Below are positions 1 through 9,569 of a stretch of 64,000 nucleotides of DNA, piece by piece. A program made the position numbers and the translations under genes. Position 1 is the stretch's first letter; each line of letters opens with the position of its first letter. The DNA is from a virus. The notes under the pieces are model-generated. The model worked only from the letters and a program-made list of their open reading frames with translations, searched no databases and was not told the origin of the DNA. The stretch spans positions 1 through 64,000 of the IMG/VR virus record IMGVR_UViG_3300039216_000106; one strand, written 5' to 3'.

Positions 1-1
1 G

Positions 2-535
2 ATTCCGCAGAACATCGCCGTGCTGGTTGATGGCCACTTTGCCAAATACGCAGTGCAGATCGGCGACACCCTGAATTCGATTGCGACTGCAGTCGCCGCC
101 GCCGTCAATGCGTTCGAGCCCGCTTATGCCGTTGGTCCCGTCGTTCATATCGACGGCGCGCGCGAGCTTTCGGCGCGGGTCGGCGGGGCCGGGGTCAGTT
201 TCAAGGAAGTGATGCGGATCGAGCGCCGGTTTCAGGTCACGTTCTGGTGCCCGACTCCAGCGTTACGAACGGCTGCGGCGAAAGCGGCGACGTTGTATCT
301 CGCTCAACAGAATTTCCTCACCCTTGCCGATGGCATGGGATCACGATTGATCACGGTGGGCGAGCACGAAAGCGATGAACAGCAAAAGCCGCTACTCTAT
401 CGCCGCGACGTGATCTATTCCGTCGAATATCCTGTAACGGATGAGGAAACCGATACACAAATCACGGTTGGCGTTGTAAGTATGTCGGGCGGAATAGATC
501 CGTCTGCGCCGCCGATTGTAACGCAGCCGATGTGA
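2..535 (+). CDS. virion structural protein, 5' end cut by window edge (neck / tail-completion region)
   Basis: Frame is open from base 2 with no stop before the GTG at 20. It lies directly upstream of the sheath gene and carries a YAVQIGDTLNSIATAV signature shared with other virion proteins here. Confidence 0.55.
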   Translation: MPQNIAVLVDGHFAKYAVQIGDTLNSIATAVAAAVNAFEPAYAVGPVVHIDGARELSARVGGAGVSFKEVMRIERRFQVTFWCPTPALRTAAAKAATLYLAQQNFLTLADGMGSRLITVGEHESDEQQKPLLYRRDVIYSVEYPVTDEETDTQITVGVVSMSGGIDPSAPPIVTQPM

Positions 536-545
536 GGTAAGAGCC

Positions 546-785
546 ATGGCATACAATTTGGTCGTGAACGAGCCGTTTGTCATCAAGAACGCGACCGGGG
601 ATAAGGTGCGTTACGACAAGGGGCAGATCGTGGATGACGCGGCGCAGGTTGACGCCATTCTGGCATCGCCGCAGGCTCACCACGTCGTCAAGATCAACGC
701 GCCGGACCCGGTGGTCATTCCTGCCTCGCCCATCACCGTGCCGTCGCCCCGTGCCAAAACTCCTGACGTTGGAGAAAAATCGTGA
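546..785 (+). CDS. hypothetical small protein in tail module
   Basis: 79-aa ORF with an ATG start. Its stop overlaps the sheath GTG start (GTGA), suggesting translational coupling. Confidence 0.45.
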   Translation: MAYNLVVNEPFVIKNATGDKVRYDKGQIVDDAAQVDAILASPQAHHVVKINAPDPVVIPASPITVPSPRAKTPDVGEKS

Positions 786-2641
786 CCCAGATCATCGCCG
801 CAAATTCCCCGACGCCTGTCGTCCCGGACGCCTATATCGCCATCGTTCCGCCGCAGAACCAGTTGATCGCGGGCGCCGCTTACGGGCGCCTCGGCATCGT
901 CGGCACTGCAACGTGGGGTCCAGTTGGCGTTCCCGTAATCATCGGCGGCAACGATCAGCAATTGGCGTCGTTCGGCATCATCCAAAACCGCGAATACGAT
1001 TTGGGCACCGCCGTCGCCGTATCCATTCAGCAAGGCGCGTCCGACATGCGCTGCGTCCGCGCCACGGACGGCACCGATACCGCGGCCACGGCCACGATTG
1101 CGGCCAGCACCGCGATTGAAACCGCGACCATCGGCGGCACGATCACGGCGGCGGACAAGGTCCAGTTGATCTTTACCCCGACCTACGGCGCGGCCATCAC
1201 CGTTTCCTATACCGTGATCGGCACGGACACGACCACCAGCACCGCGACCGCACTTCTCGCCCTGCTCCAAGCCAATGTGGCCCTGACCACGGCCGGTTTC
1301 ACCTTCACGTCGAGTGGCGCCGTCATCACAATGAACGGGCCTGCTATGGGCTGGACCTACAACAAGAACGTCACCGGTGCGGCCACAGAAACGGTCACGC
1401 TGGCTTCCGGCACCGCATCGCCGACGCAATTGACGGTGACGGCCAAGTACACCGGCTCCGCGGGCAACGGCTTGACCATCGCCATTTCAGCCGGCAGCAA
1501 GGCCAGCACATTCAAGGCGACGGTTTCCATTCCGAACCTCGGCATTCCGGCTGAGATTTACGACAACATCGCCGGTCCCGGCAATCTGTTCTGGACCGGT
1601 TTTGCCAGCGCCATAAACAGCGGAATTTCCGGGCTTCGTGGCCCGTCGCAGATCGTCACGGCCACGGCTGGCGTATCGAGTGCGACGCCAACGGTTGCCA
1701 CCACGACGCTTTCGGGCGGTGCTGACGGCGTGTCCGGCGTCGCCACCCAGCAATTGGTCGGTGTTGATACCGCGCCGCGCAAGGGCATGTACGCGCTTCG
1801 TGGCCAGCAATGCCAGATCGTCAATCTTACCGACGCCTGGGACGATACTTATTGGTCCGCGATGTCTGCCTTTGCCGACAGCGAGGCGTGCATCGTCGGC
1901 ACGTCAACGCCAATCGGCGACACCATCTCCGCCGCGGTCGCCGCGCTTTCGAGCGAGGGTGTGGACGATTACAACTTCAAGCTCCTGCTCGGCGATTGGG
2001 TCTATTGGCAGGATCAGGTCAATGGCGTTACCCGCCTCTTAGCCCCGGCCACGTTCTGGGCCGGGCTCCGCGCCGCGACGCCGCCGCAGAATTCGACGCT
2101 GAACCGAGCGGTTCAGGCCGTGGTCGGGACGCAAAAAAGCACGTCGGGCGCCAGCTACTCGACCGCGGACATTGCGGCGCTGGTTCAGGGCCGCGTCGAT
2201 GTCATCTGCAACCCGGTTCCGGGCGGATCCTACTTCGGGCCTCGGATCGGGCGTAACAGTTCGTCCAACGGCGCGACCCGCGGCGAGAATTACACGATGC
2301 TGACCAACTTCATTGTGGCCAGTCTGAAACCGGTGGTCGGCAAGGTCGTGGGTCAGTTGCAGAACCCGACCCAGCGGCGCCAAGCCAAGTCCATGCTGGA
2401 CGATTTCTTCTCCGGCCTCGCGTCGGAAGGTGTGATCGGCACGGCGGACGGAAGCCAGCCATGGCAGGTCACGCTGAACTCGACCAACAACCCGCCTTCG
2501 CAGGTCGCGGCCGGTATCGAAACCATCGCAATCAAGGTCATCTACCAGAGCGTGATCGAATTCCTGATCGTCAATCTGGAAGGCGGCCAGACCGTCACCA
2601 TCGAAAGCAGCGGCGCGCAGCTTCTGTCCAACGCGGCTTGA
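782..2641 (+). CDS. contractile tail sheath protein with an inserted extra domain
   Basis: 619 aa. The N-terminal GIVGTATWGPVGVPVIIGG..QLASFG and C-terminal VICNPVPGG..GPRIGRN regions match the sheath family from memory. It is followed by tube, chaperone and tape measure genes. Confidence 0.8.
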   Translation: MTQIIAANSPTPVVPDAYIAIVPPQNQLIAGAAYGRLGIVGTATWGPVGVPVIIGGNDQQLASFGIIQNREYDLGTAVAVSIQQGASDMRCVRATDGTDTAATATIAASTAIETATIGGTITAADKVQLIFTPTYGAAITVSYTVIGTDTTTSTATALLALLQANVALTTAGFTFTSSGAVITMNGPAMGWTYNKNVTGAATETVTLASGTASPTQLTVTAKYTGSAGNGLTIAISAGSKASTFKATVSIPNLGIPAEIYDNIAGPGNLFWTGFASAINSGISGLRGPSQIVTATAGVSSATPTVATTTLSGGADGVSGVATQQLVGVDTAPRKGMYALRGQQCQIVNLTDAWDDTYWSAMSAFADSEACIVGTSTPIGDTISAAVAALSSEGVDDYNFKLLLGDWVYWQDQVNGVTRLLAPATFWAGLRAATPPQNSTLNRAVQAVVGTQKSTSGASYSTADIAALVQGRVDVICNPVPGGSYFGPRIGRNSSSNGATRGENYTMLTNFIVASLKPVVGKVVGQLQNPTQRRQAKSMLDDFFSGLASEGVIGTADGSQPWQVTLNSTNNPPSQVAAGIETIAIKVIYQSVIEFLIVNLEGGQTVTIESSGAQLLSNAA

Positions 2642-2654
2642 GGAGATTTAGGCC

Positions 2655-3092
2655 ATGCCTATCAACAGCTTTTCCGTTGGCAAAGACGTAACGCTGGACT
2701 TCGTTTCGCCCCTGACCGGCGGCTTGGTACAGTTCTCGAACATCACCGAGTTCAGTTTGAACCAGATGAGCACTGAGCGTAACAGCCACGGGATCGACGG
2801 CGAGAACCGGTTTCTGGAAATTCCTTCCGGCTGGGAAGGGACGTTCAACATGGACCGCAACAGCGAAGTGTTCGACCTCTACATTTCGGCCTATGAAGCG
2901 GCCTATTACGCCGGCCAAGCGCTCACGGCCAGCCGCATCATGGAAACCATCACCGAAGCGGACGGCACCATTTCGCAGTTCGTCTTTACCGGCGTCTCAG
3001 TCAAGTTTCCGAACGTCGGCAAGTGGCGCGGCGACGACAAGGTCGAACAACAGATGACGTTCAAGGCGTCGAAGCGTCAGCAACTGATCTAA
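2655..3092 (+). CDS. tail tube protein
   Basis: 145-aa ORF immediately after the sheath and before the chaperone pair. Position and size are canonical; there is no strong motif. Confidence 0.65.
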   Translation: MPINSFSVGKDVTLDFVSPLTGGLVQFSNITEFSLNQMSTERNSHGIDGENRFLEIPSGWEGTFNMDRNSEVFDLYISAYEAAYYAGQALTASRIMETITEADGTISQFVFTGVSVKFPNVGKWRGDDKVEQQMTFKASKRQQLI

Positions 3093-3100
3093 GGTAGACC

Positions 3101-3565
3101 ATGACCAAAGTCACAGTAAAACGCGGCGTGACGGCGCCGGTCGGTGAAGCGGAGAAAATGCCGGATACGGAAACGTCCGGCGCGGCGCCGGGCGACAAGT
3201 ACGCGCCGGACGCCAAGGGCGTGATCCGTTTCGAGGACAGCACCGGCCGCACAATCGGCGTGAAAAAGCCCAATCCCTTGGAGCGTGTCAGATTGGCGGA
3301 AATCCTCGGAGAATCCGCCAGCAACCAAGTCGTCATGCTGAGCGTGATGCCAGCCTACTACGTGATCGAACTCGACGGCGAGATGTCCCCGCGTGTGCGC
3401 AGCCGCCGCGAACTCGACGCGATGCTTCTGCGTCTTGGCGACGAAGGTATCGACGCGGTCGAAGCCTATATCATGGAAGACTTGGCGCCGAAGATTAAAG
3501 CCGCCATGGATGAGCAGGCACGCCTCCAGGCCGATGAGGAGGATCGGGCCGCCACAAAAAAATAG
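3101..3565 (+). CDS. tail assembly chaperone (G-like, zero-frame product)
   Basis: 154-aa acidic C-terminal protein between tube and tape measure. It ends in a run of seven A that forms a slippery heptamer. Confidence 0.65.
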   Translation: MTKVTVKRGVTAPVGEAEKMPDTETSGAAPGDKYAPDAKGVIRFEDSTGRTIGVKKPNPLERVRLAEILGESASNQVVMLSVMPAYYVIELDGEMSPRVRSRRELDAMLLRLGDEGIDAVEAYIMEDLAPKIKAAMDEQARLQADEEDRAATKK

Positions 3566-3738
3566 TCTGCGATCCGACGTTCAGGGAAATCATCATCCTT
3601 GCCAAGAATGGGATCGCGCCAGGGTTTGACCAAAACGAGATGACCGATATGGAGCGCCAAGCTGCTATCATCGTCATCGGAGAGTGCGATGGTGGGGAAT
3701 TTGATTTCGCTACCATGCGCTGGAAGAAACAGACGTAA
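3101..3738 (+). CDS. tail assembly chaperone frameshift fusion (GT-like product)
   Basis: Hand translation after a -1 slip at 3556-3562 gives ...KKIVCDPTFREIIILAKNGIAPGFDQNEMTDMERQAAIIVIGECDGGEFDFATMRWKKQT. This fills the otherwise gene-free gap before 3750. Confidence 0.5.
3556..3562 (+). promoter_or_regulatory. A_AAA_AAA slippery heptamer for programmed -1 frameshift
   Basis: Codons are aca aaa aaa tag. The -1 frame stays open for 58 further codons, to the TAA at 3736-3738. Confidence 0.55.
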
Positions 3739-3749
3739 GGGCTTTTGAT

Positions 3750-4265
3750 GTGCGAGAATTTAGCGGCCTGGGAGCATTCGGAGAGTTTCTAGACACGCTC
3801 GTTGGCGTGATGACCGCTAACGTGATCGCGCTCGATAAGGCCACCAAACTCGTTCAGAAGACCGCCAAGGCCAAGATTGGCGAGTACCAGCCCCAAGCCG
3901 GACCATTCGCGGCGTGGGATCCCCTCAGCCCCGCAACGCTCTACGGCTTCATGCACCCGGCTGGGTTCTATATCCCCGGCAAGGTCCAATTGGGTTATGC
4001 GCCACCCGACAATCCGCTGCTTCGTACTGGCGAGATGCGCGCCACGATTGAGCGCAAGTTCGACAACCGTGAAGGCCACGTCGGCTCTGACGATCAAGTG
4101 ATGGTGTGGCAGGAACTTGGAACGCGGTTTATGCCGCCCCGCTCTGTTCTGGGCGGTGCTGCGGTTGAAACCAGCGATAGGGTTGCTGTGATTATCGGCG
4201 ATGAAATAGCGGTGTCCCTTGGCGCCGAAAGCGTCCTCGGTAGTTCTCGAATTGCCATCGCGTGA
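3750..4265 (+). CDS. HK97 gp10-like virion morphogenesis / tail completion family protein
   Basis: 171 aa with a GTG start. TGEMRATIE...VWQELGTRFMPPRSVLGGAAV resembles the gp10-family EfGT..pPRPFl signature from memory. Confidence 0.45.
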   Translation: MREFSGLGAFGEFLDTLVGVMTANVIALDKATKLVQKTAKAKIGEYQPQAGPFAAWDPLSPATLYGFMHPAGFYIPGKVQLGYAPPDNPLLRTGEMRATIERKFDNREGHVGSDDQVMVWQELGTRFMPPRSVLGGAAVETSDRVAVIIGDEIAVSLGAESVLGSSRIAIA

Positions 4266-4276
4266 GGTACTGAGTA

Positions 4277-6244
4277 GTGGAAAATTATCGCATCGGCGTC
4301 GGAATTTACCTAACGAACCGGGTCTCCGGTGCGCTGGGCATGATCGCCGGTCACTTCGCCAAGACGGAAAAAGAGGCCGCGAAGCTTCGCAAGACGCTTC
4401 AGGAAATCAAGCTTCTTGGCCTGTCCGGCCTACTGATCGGCGGAGCGGGTTTTGCTGGGCTATACGCCATGAGCAAAATGGTGAACCATGCTAAGGAGTA
4501 TGCGCACCAGCTCAACATTATGAAAATGGCTGGCCTCTCCAATTTGGAGATGGCAGAGGCCACGGCGGCGGCGTGGAAAAACACGAAAGATGTCGTGATC
4601 TCGACGGCAACCGGAAATCTCAGCATATTGATGGACATGCGCAATGTGTTGAGCGGCGGCATGAAAGAAGCGCTGCCGATGCTCCCTATTGTGTCGAAGA
4701 TCGCGGCAGTCATGGCGGCGTCGGGTGAGACCAAAATATCGTCCAACGCTCAAGGCATCGCTTTCGACGTGACCAAAGCAATGGACATCATGGGCCTCAA
4801 CACTTTCGCGCAGATGCAGCATGGCGCGGAAATGATGACCAAGGTCGTGACCGCATTCCAGAACCGTATTTCGCCATCGGCGATTGGCCAGACCTTGTAT
4901 TACGCTCGGCAGGCCAGATACAGCCCGGATGATTCGTTCACCTATGGTGTTGTCCCAACCATGATGCTGGAACGGGTCGGTGGCGGCGGGGCGTCTGGCA
5001 GCAAGGGTATCGGTCCCCAGTTGGCTGCGGTCAATCGCGTAGCTGTCATGGGCATCATGAACAAGAAGACGCAGGCGTGGTTCCATGATCTTGGTCTTTT
5101 GCACGGAAAGTCAGTCCGTACCACGACTACAGGAACGATCACGGCCGGCCTAGACCACAAACAGGCTTGGCAGAATAACCAATTCTTTGCGACGTGGCGT
5201 GACTTGGTGCCCGCAATGGGGAAAAAGTTTGGCGAGGCGATCCTTAAAGACCCTGCCAAACTGCGAATGGCGATTACTGGCAGCAGTATGCAGCAGACCG
5301 CCATGTCACAGCTTATGGAATACGTGACAAAGCCGGGCAACTTCCTTCGCGACATGTCGAATGTCGGCGTCATGCCAGCGCTCAAAGACTTGCCGCCGCT
5401 GCTTCAGGCTATCGCACAGAAGATGGGATTGCGTTCCGGCGGCGGAGCAATGGGGTATGAACAAGCCTATAAAATGGCCCTTTCAAACGACCCGCAAACG
5501 CAATTGTTGGGGCTTCAGTCTCAATGGAATAATCTGCTCACAGACATGGGTTTCCACCTCATGCCAACTCTGCTACCAATGCTTAAAGATTTCGTAAGTT
5601 GGCTTTCCGACTTAGTCCAATGGATGCGGCAACACCCATCCATTGCGAAGGCTCTTATGTGGTCATTTTTTGGCCTCTCTGCCTCTATGATGTTTGGTGG
5701 CGTGGTGATGGGGCTAACCGCTGCATTTAAGGCATTAAGCCTTGTCCTTATCGGAAACGCTGGGGGTGGAATTGTTGCGGCGACATGGGCAGCGCGCGGA
5801 GGGCTACTTGGTCTTTTGGCGCCATTAGCGGCCGTCGCAGCAATTGTGGCTGTGTTTCAGCCAGGGAGGATTGGTTATGATCCGAAAGACCCTAAGAATA
5901 TGAAGGAACAGCTTGATATTCGTGGTGGCGATCCGCAAGGGCACCCCAAGGGGCCGCTCTGGTATTTCTTCCATGACATGTTTTACGGCAAGGGCGTCGG
6001 CTCTCCTGCGACGAACACTCCGGGATGGACAACAAACACCGGAAAATATTTCAATCAGTCATCGCAAACACAGTCCCCAGACGCGCTTGCCGACGCGATC
6101 AAAAAGGCACTGAACGGTATGACGGTCACCATGGACGGTCGCAAGGTGGGTTCCGTCGTTGCTGGTGGCATGGCAAAAAATGGCGGCAGCGTTTCGTTTG
6201 CGCCGTCCGGCTTTAACCCCGCACTCTCACCGGTGTTGCCATAA
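4277..6244 (+). CDS. tail tape measure protein
   Basis: 655 aa, helix-rich with Gly/Ala-rich hydrophobic segments. It follows the chaperone pair in the canonical position. Confidence 0.8.
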   Translation: MENYRIGVGIYLTNRVSGALGMIAGHFAKTEKEAAKLRKTLQEIKLLGLSGLLIGGAGFAGLYAMSKMVNHAKEYAHQLNIMKMAGLSNLEMAEATAAAWKNTKDVVISTATGNLSILMDMRNVLSGGMKEALPMLPIVSKIAAVMAASGETKISSNAQGIAFDVTKAMDIMGLNTFAQMQHGAEMMTKVVTAFQNRISPSAIGQTLYYARQARYSPDDSFTYGVVPTMMLERVGGGGASGSKGIGPQLAAVNRVAVMGIMNKKTQAWFHDLGLLHGKSVRTTTTGTITAGLDHKQAWQNNQFFATWRDLVPAMGKKFGEAILKDPAKLRMAITGSSMQQTAMSQLMEYVTKPGNFLRDMSNVGVMPALKDLPPLLQAIAQKMGLRSGGGAMGYEQAYKMALSNDPQTQLLGLQSQWNNLLTDMGFHLMPTLLPMLKDFVSWLSDLVQWMRQHPSIAKALMWSFFGLSASMMFGGVVMGLTAAFKALSLVLIGNAGGGIVAATWAARGGLLGLLAPLAAVAAIVAVFQPGRIGYDPKDPKNMKEQLDIRGGDPQGHPKGPLWYFFHDMFYGKGVGSPATNTPGWTTNTGKYFNQSSQTQSPDALADAIKKALNGMTVTMDGRKVGSVVAGGMAKNGGSVSFAPSGFNPALSPVLP

Positions 6245-7122
6245 TGGCTGTCTTTGGACCAGACTTTGTCGTCAAGATCGGGGATGTGGAACTCTCCAAC
6301 CTGGAGATTCCGGCCACCATCAATTTCGGCGGCAAGCAGAAGATCGGCAAGCACCAGTTGCCGGGTGGCGCCCGCATTCTCGACGCCATGACGCAGGACG
6401 ACGACGACATTACGTGGGAGGGCATGTTCACCGGCCCCGATGCGTTCGCCCGCGCGCGTCAATTGGACGGCTACCGCAAGACTGGCGAACAGGTCACGCT
6501 AAGCTATCACACGCTGAGCTACACCGCGATTGTTGCTGAGTTCGTCGGCAATTTCGAGCGCTATTATCAGGTTCCGTACCGCATCGTTTTGATGGTGGTG
6601 GAAGATTTGTCTCTGCCGCCCGCGTTGTCGCCGGGCAACAGCGTCTTTGACCTCCTCAATTCCGATTTGGCGCAGACCCTGGAAACGGCGCTGGCGCTCG
6701 GCATGGGCATTTCTTCTGCTATCCCAGGCCCCGTAGCGTCGTCGGTTGGCGTCAATCCGCAAACGCCCGGCATAACAGCGCCCGTCCTCACCTATGGCAT
6801 GTCGCTTGACGACCTGGCCGCTGCGCTGACCGTGGTTCGCGAGGACACCGACGCCATTGTGACGCCAAGCGGCGTTACTGTCGCCAGCGTGGCGCAACTT
6901 GTGGCCGCGTTACAGGTGGCGCAGAACCAATGCGCCGCGCTCATGGCGGAATCCGAAACGGTTTTGGGCGTGGCCACCGTGCCGGGCGGCGTCACGGCAG
7001 GCAGTCCTGACCCGGCGGCGTTTCTGTCGTACCTCGCAACATGTGACCAAGCCGTTCAGATCAACCAGCAAGACGATTACCTGACCCGCATGAACCGAAA
7101 CACCTCTTCGGGAGCGCTGTGA
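6244..7122 (+). CDS. tail protein (gpU / DNA-circulation-like position)
   Basis: 292 aa with a start overlapping the tape-measure stop (TAATG). It lies between tape measure and the X/D-like genes. The family call is weak. Confidence 0.45.
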   Translation: MAVFGPDFVVKIGDVELSNLEIPATINFGGKQKIGKHQLPGGARILDAMTQDDDDITWEGMFTGPDAFARARQLDGYRKTGEQVTLSYHTLSYTAIVAEFVGNFERYYQVPYRIVLMVVEDLSLPPALSPGNSVFDLLNSDLAQTLETALALGMGISSAIPGPVASSVGVNPQTPGITAPVLTYGMSLDDLAAALTVVREDTDAIVTPSGVTVASVAQLVAALQVAQNQCAALMAESETVLGVATVPGGVTAGSPDPAAFLSYLATCDQAVQINQQDDYLTRMNRNTSSGAL

Positions 7123-7334
7123 TGGCCGCAACACAACAGGGCGCACCTCTCAAGACGGTCACGGTGGCGGGCGGCAACCTTTTTTCGATTGCGCTTCAGG
7201 TTCTTGGCGACGCGACGCAATGGAACCGGATCGCGCAACAGAACGGCATGACAGATCCGTGGTTTACCGGCGTGGTCACACTGGCCATTCCGCCCACCAA
7301 TTCAGCGGCGGGGGGTGGGATTTATGGCAGTTAA
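7119..7334 (+). CDS. LysM-type tail protein X
   Basis: 71 aa. VTVAGGNLFSIALQVLGDATQWNRIAQQNGMTDPW is a LysM-like signature, and the gene directly precedes a D-like gene as in P2-type tails. Confidence 0.65.
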   Translation: MMAATQQGAPLKTVTVAGGNLFSIALQVLGDATQWNRIAQQNGMTDPWFTGVVTLAIPPTNSAAGGGIYGS

Positions 7335-8454
7335 CAATCCGTCGCCGCAATCGCAAGTCCGTTTTCCCTACGCCCGCGTTTTGCTGAACGGCAAGCCGGT
7401 GCAGAACTGGGAAACCGCGATGGTGACCAAGAACGCGCACTACGTTTCCGATAATTGGTCGGTCGAACTCCCGATGAATGGCTTGGTCGCGCCCTTCGAC
7501 GCCGCCTATTTCGGAACGCAAACCGACTTGCAGATGGAAATCCAGGCCGGGTTCAAGAATGCGGATGGCACGCTCGGGTCGCCGACTTCGCTGATCATCG
7601 GTGTAGTCGATGAAATTGACGAAGATTTCCTGCGTGAAGACGGCAGTCAGATGATCGTGATGCGCGGGCGAGATTACACCGGCGCCTTGATCGATTCCAT
7701 CGTCACGTTCACGTACAAAAACATGACCTCAAGCCAAGTCGCGGCCAAGATCGCCGCAAACCATCCCGAACTGAAACCGAAGATCACGGCGACACACAAG
7801 AAGGTCGGTTCGTATTTCAACAACGAAACGAACCTGGAAAGCCGGAAGATTTCGGAATGGGATTTGCTGACGCAACTGGCACAGGACGAAGGTTTTGTCA
7901 TCCTGATCCGTGGCACTCAGCTTTACTTTGGACAGCCGGAAAAGCCAAACGAGACGAACCCGTACATCTTCAAATATGTGCCGCGCGATGCTGGGCAAGT
8001 GCTCCAATCGAACGTGTTGACCCTGAAATGCACGCGCGCCCTAACCGTCGCGCGGGACGTGAAAGTCGTGGTGCAAAGCTTCAGCCGCGCCACAGGAAAG
8101 AAGGCAAAGGCAGAGGCCAGCGCCCTCAACCCGCTTCGCAACAACAGAACCGGCAACAAGGCGGGGACACAGATTTATTCGTATAACATTCCGAACAAGA
8201 CGCACGCCCAATGCCAAGATTTGGCAACTGCCTATCTCAAGCAGATCACAAAGCGGGAACGCGTCATCGAAATTTCCGCTCCCGGCGATCCGCTGCTCAC
8301 TGACGATACTGTTATGAGCCTGACGGGGACAAATACGGCGTGGGACCAGTTTTATTTTGCAGACAGGATCGAGCACGAACTGAACGCCAACAGCGGATGG
8401 CTTATGCGGGTCAGGGCCAAGAACCATTCCACCAGTTCAACGCTTCCGACGTGA
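7324..8454 (+). CDS. late-control D / baseplate hub family tail protein
   Basis: About 376 aa from the ATG at 7324 (an upstream GTG at 7315 is possible). Size, position and the ..MTSSQVAAKIAANHPELKP.. segment resemble the P2 gpD family. Confidence 0.65.
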   Translation: MAVNNPSPQSQVRFPYARVLLNGKPVQNWETAMVTKNAHYVSDNWSVELPMNGLVAPFDAAYFGTQTDLQMEIQAGFKNADGTLGSPTSLIIGVVDEIDEDFLREDGSQMIVMRGRDYTGALIDSIVTFTYKNMTSSQVAAKIAANHPELKPKITATHKKVGSYFNNETNLESRKISEWDLLTQLAQDEGFVILIRGTQLYFGQPEKPNETNPYIFKYVPRDAGQVLQSNVLTLKCTRALTVARDVKVVVQSFSRATGKKAKAEASALNPLRNNRTGNKAGTQIYSYNIPNKTHAQCQDLATAYLKQITKRERVIEISAPGDPLLTDDTVMSLTGTNTAWDQFYFADRIEHELNANSGWLMRVRAKNHSTSSTLPT

Positions 8455-8922
8455 AAGACGTGCTTTGTCCGCTTTTTTCAACTTCTCTTTTTTCATCATA
8501 GCTTCGGCACCGCGGACTGCTTTGGCAATAACGTCCGCCCTTAAAAGCTGTGGTGGTATAACGGTAGTCACCGCCTGTGGTTTGGTCTTGCCGTGCTTTG
8601 CTTTAAGCGCACGATAGCGCTTTTCCCAGCGTGCTGCCGACAATTTGGCGCGCAGAATGATCGCCAGCAATTTCTTGTACGCCTTGATGTAGTGCAGTTT
8701 CTTGTCGCCGATGCGAGATGCGTTATAGATCACATCAACAAACTCTTCGTCTGTTTGTCTCTTGGCCTTTGGCGCAACTGGTGCTTTTGGTTTGGGGCGC
8801 ATGAGTTCAATATCTCCCTCTCTCAATGGTTCTACCCTGACGAGAAACTGCTTGTCGCCACGCATAATGTAGGCAAATTCTGCCGGCTTGCTCGGGTTTT
8901 GTTCGGTCACAACACGCACCAC
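8437..8922 (-). CDS. hypothetical Lys/Arg-rich protein (antisense moron, gene 2)
   Basis: 161-aa ORF on the opposite strand inside the tail operon. GC is lower by eye and its 3' end overlaps the gpD-like stop by 18 nt. GTG start at 8922, or alternatively ATG at 8865. Confidence 0.5.
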   Translation of the reverse strand: MVRVVTEQNPSKPAEFAYIMRGDKQFLVRVEPLREGDIELMRPKPKAPVAPKAKRQTDEEFVDVIYNASRIGDKKLHYIKAYKKLLAIILRAKLSAARWEKRYRALKAKHGKTKPQAVTTVIPPQLLRADVIAKAVRGAEAMMKKEKLKKADKARLSRRKR

Positions 8923-9497
8923 AGAATGATTACCAAGTTGACGACCGTTAAAGCGCTTCCGATGAGAGTGAGGCGTTTTGCCATACGTATTCTTCTGTCG
9001 TCATTGGTCGGTTTGACCGATTGGGTGTGGCTGTGTTGTAGCTGCCTTTCCTCAATTTTACTTATTCTTTGCTCGAAGTACGATTCCGCACCGAAAAGAG
9101 TTTTTTTCATCCGTTCAAAAACCTCGTTCTGATTTGCAGGGTTGCTTTTCGCTTCCTGCGTGGCCTTGGCGAACGCGGACGAAATCCATCTCTCCATGTC
9201 GCACATTTTCGTGTAGATCATGTTTTCGACCGGGGATGGCTTGCGATCTTCCTGGGGCTCTTCCGGCGCCATTGGCAATCGCTCAAGTTCCGAACGTGCC
9301 GTCCGCTTATCATTCTTGTTGGGCAGCGGAATGACGTGTTTTCTGACGCGACCGTTTTGCCACGTCGTGATGATGCGCGCCGCTGGGTCGGCCTCCGTTT
9401 GCCGAATGACGCAAATCTCTTTGATTTGCGCGTCACCGATGGCTTGACCAAATCGGATGTGTGTCGTCAGGAAGTCTTGGAGTTTCACGCCTGTCAT
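8907..9497 (-). CDS. hypothetical tail-anchored membrane protein (antisense moron, gene 1)
   Basis: 196 aa with an ATG start and a single C-terminal hydrophobic helix (LTLIGSALTVVNLVIILWCVL). No family recognised. Confidence 0.55.
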   Translation of the reverse strand: MTGVKLQDFLTTHIRFGQAIGDAQIKEICVIRQTEADPAARIITTWQNGRVRKHVIPLPNKNDKRTARSELERLPMAPEEPQEDRKPSPVENMIYTKMCDMERWISSAFAKATQEAKSNPANQNEVFERMKKTLFGAESYFEQRISKIEERQLQHSHTQSVKPTNDDRRIRMAKRLTLIGSALTVVNLVIILWCVL

Positions 9498-9529
9498 GGT
9501 GTCTTCCGCCTAAATTTTCCCTCGCAAAC

Positions 9530-9569
9530 GTAACGCTCTGTGCGGTGTAACGCAAGGAAATTGTAACGC
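9530..9569 (-). promoter_or_regulatory. three direct copies of the GCGTTAC(A) box upstream of the antisense moron
   Basis: On the minus strand the boxes read GCGTTACA (9569-9562), GCGTTACA (9553-9546) and GCGTTAC (9536-9530). Spacing is 16-17 bp, 33-72 nt upstream of the ATG at 9497. Confidence 0.4.

Noticed and set aside
677-1429. 250-aa minus-strand ORF (and other long antisense or alternate-frame ORFs in 577-2383)
   Set aside because: Arg/Gly/Ala-rich junk-like translations typical of GC-rich shadow frames. They fully overlap the well-supported sheath gene.
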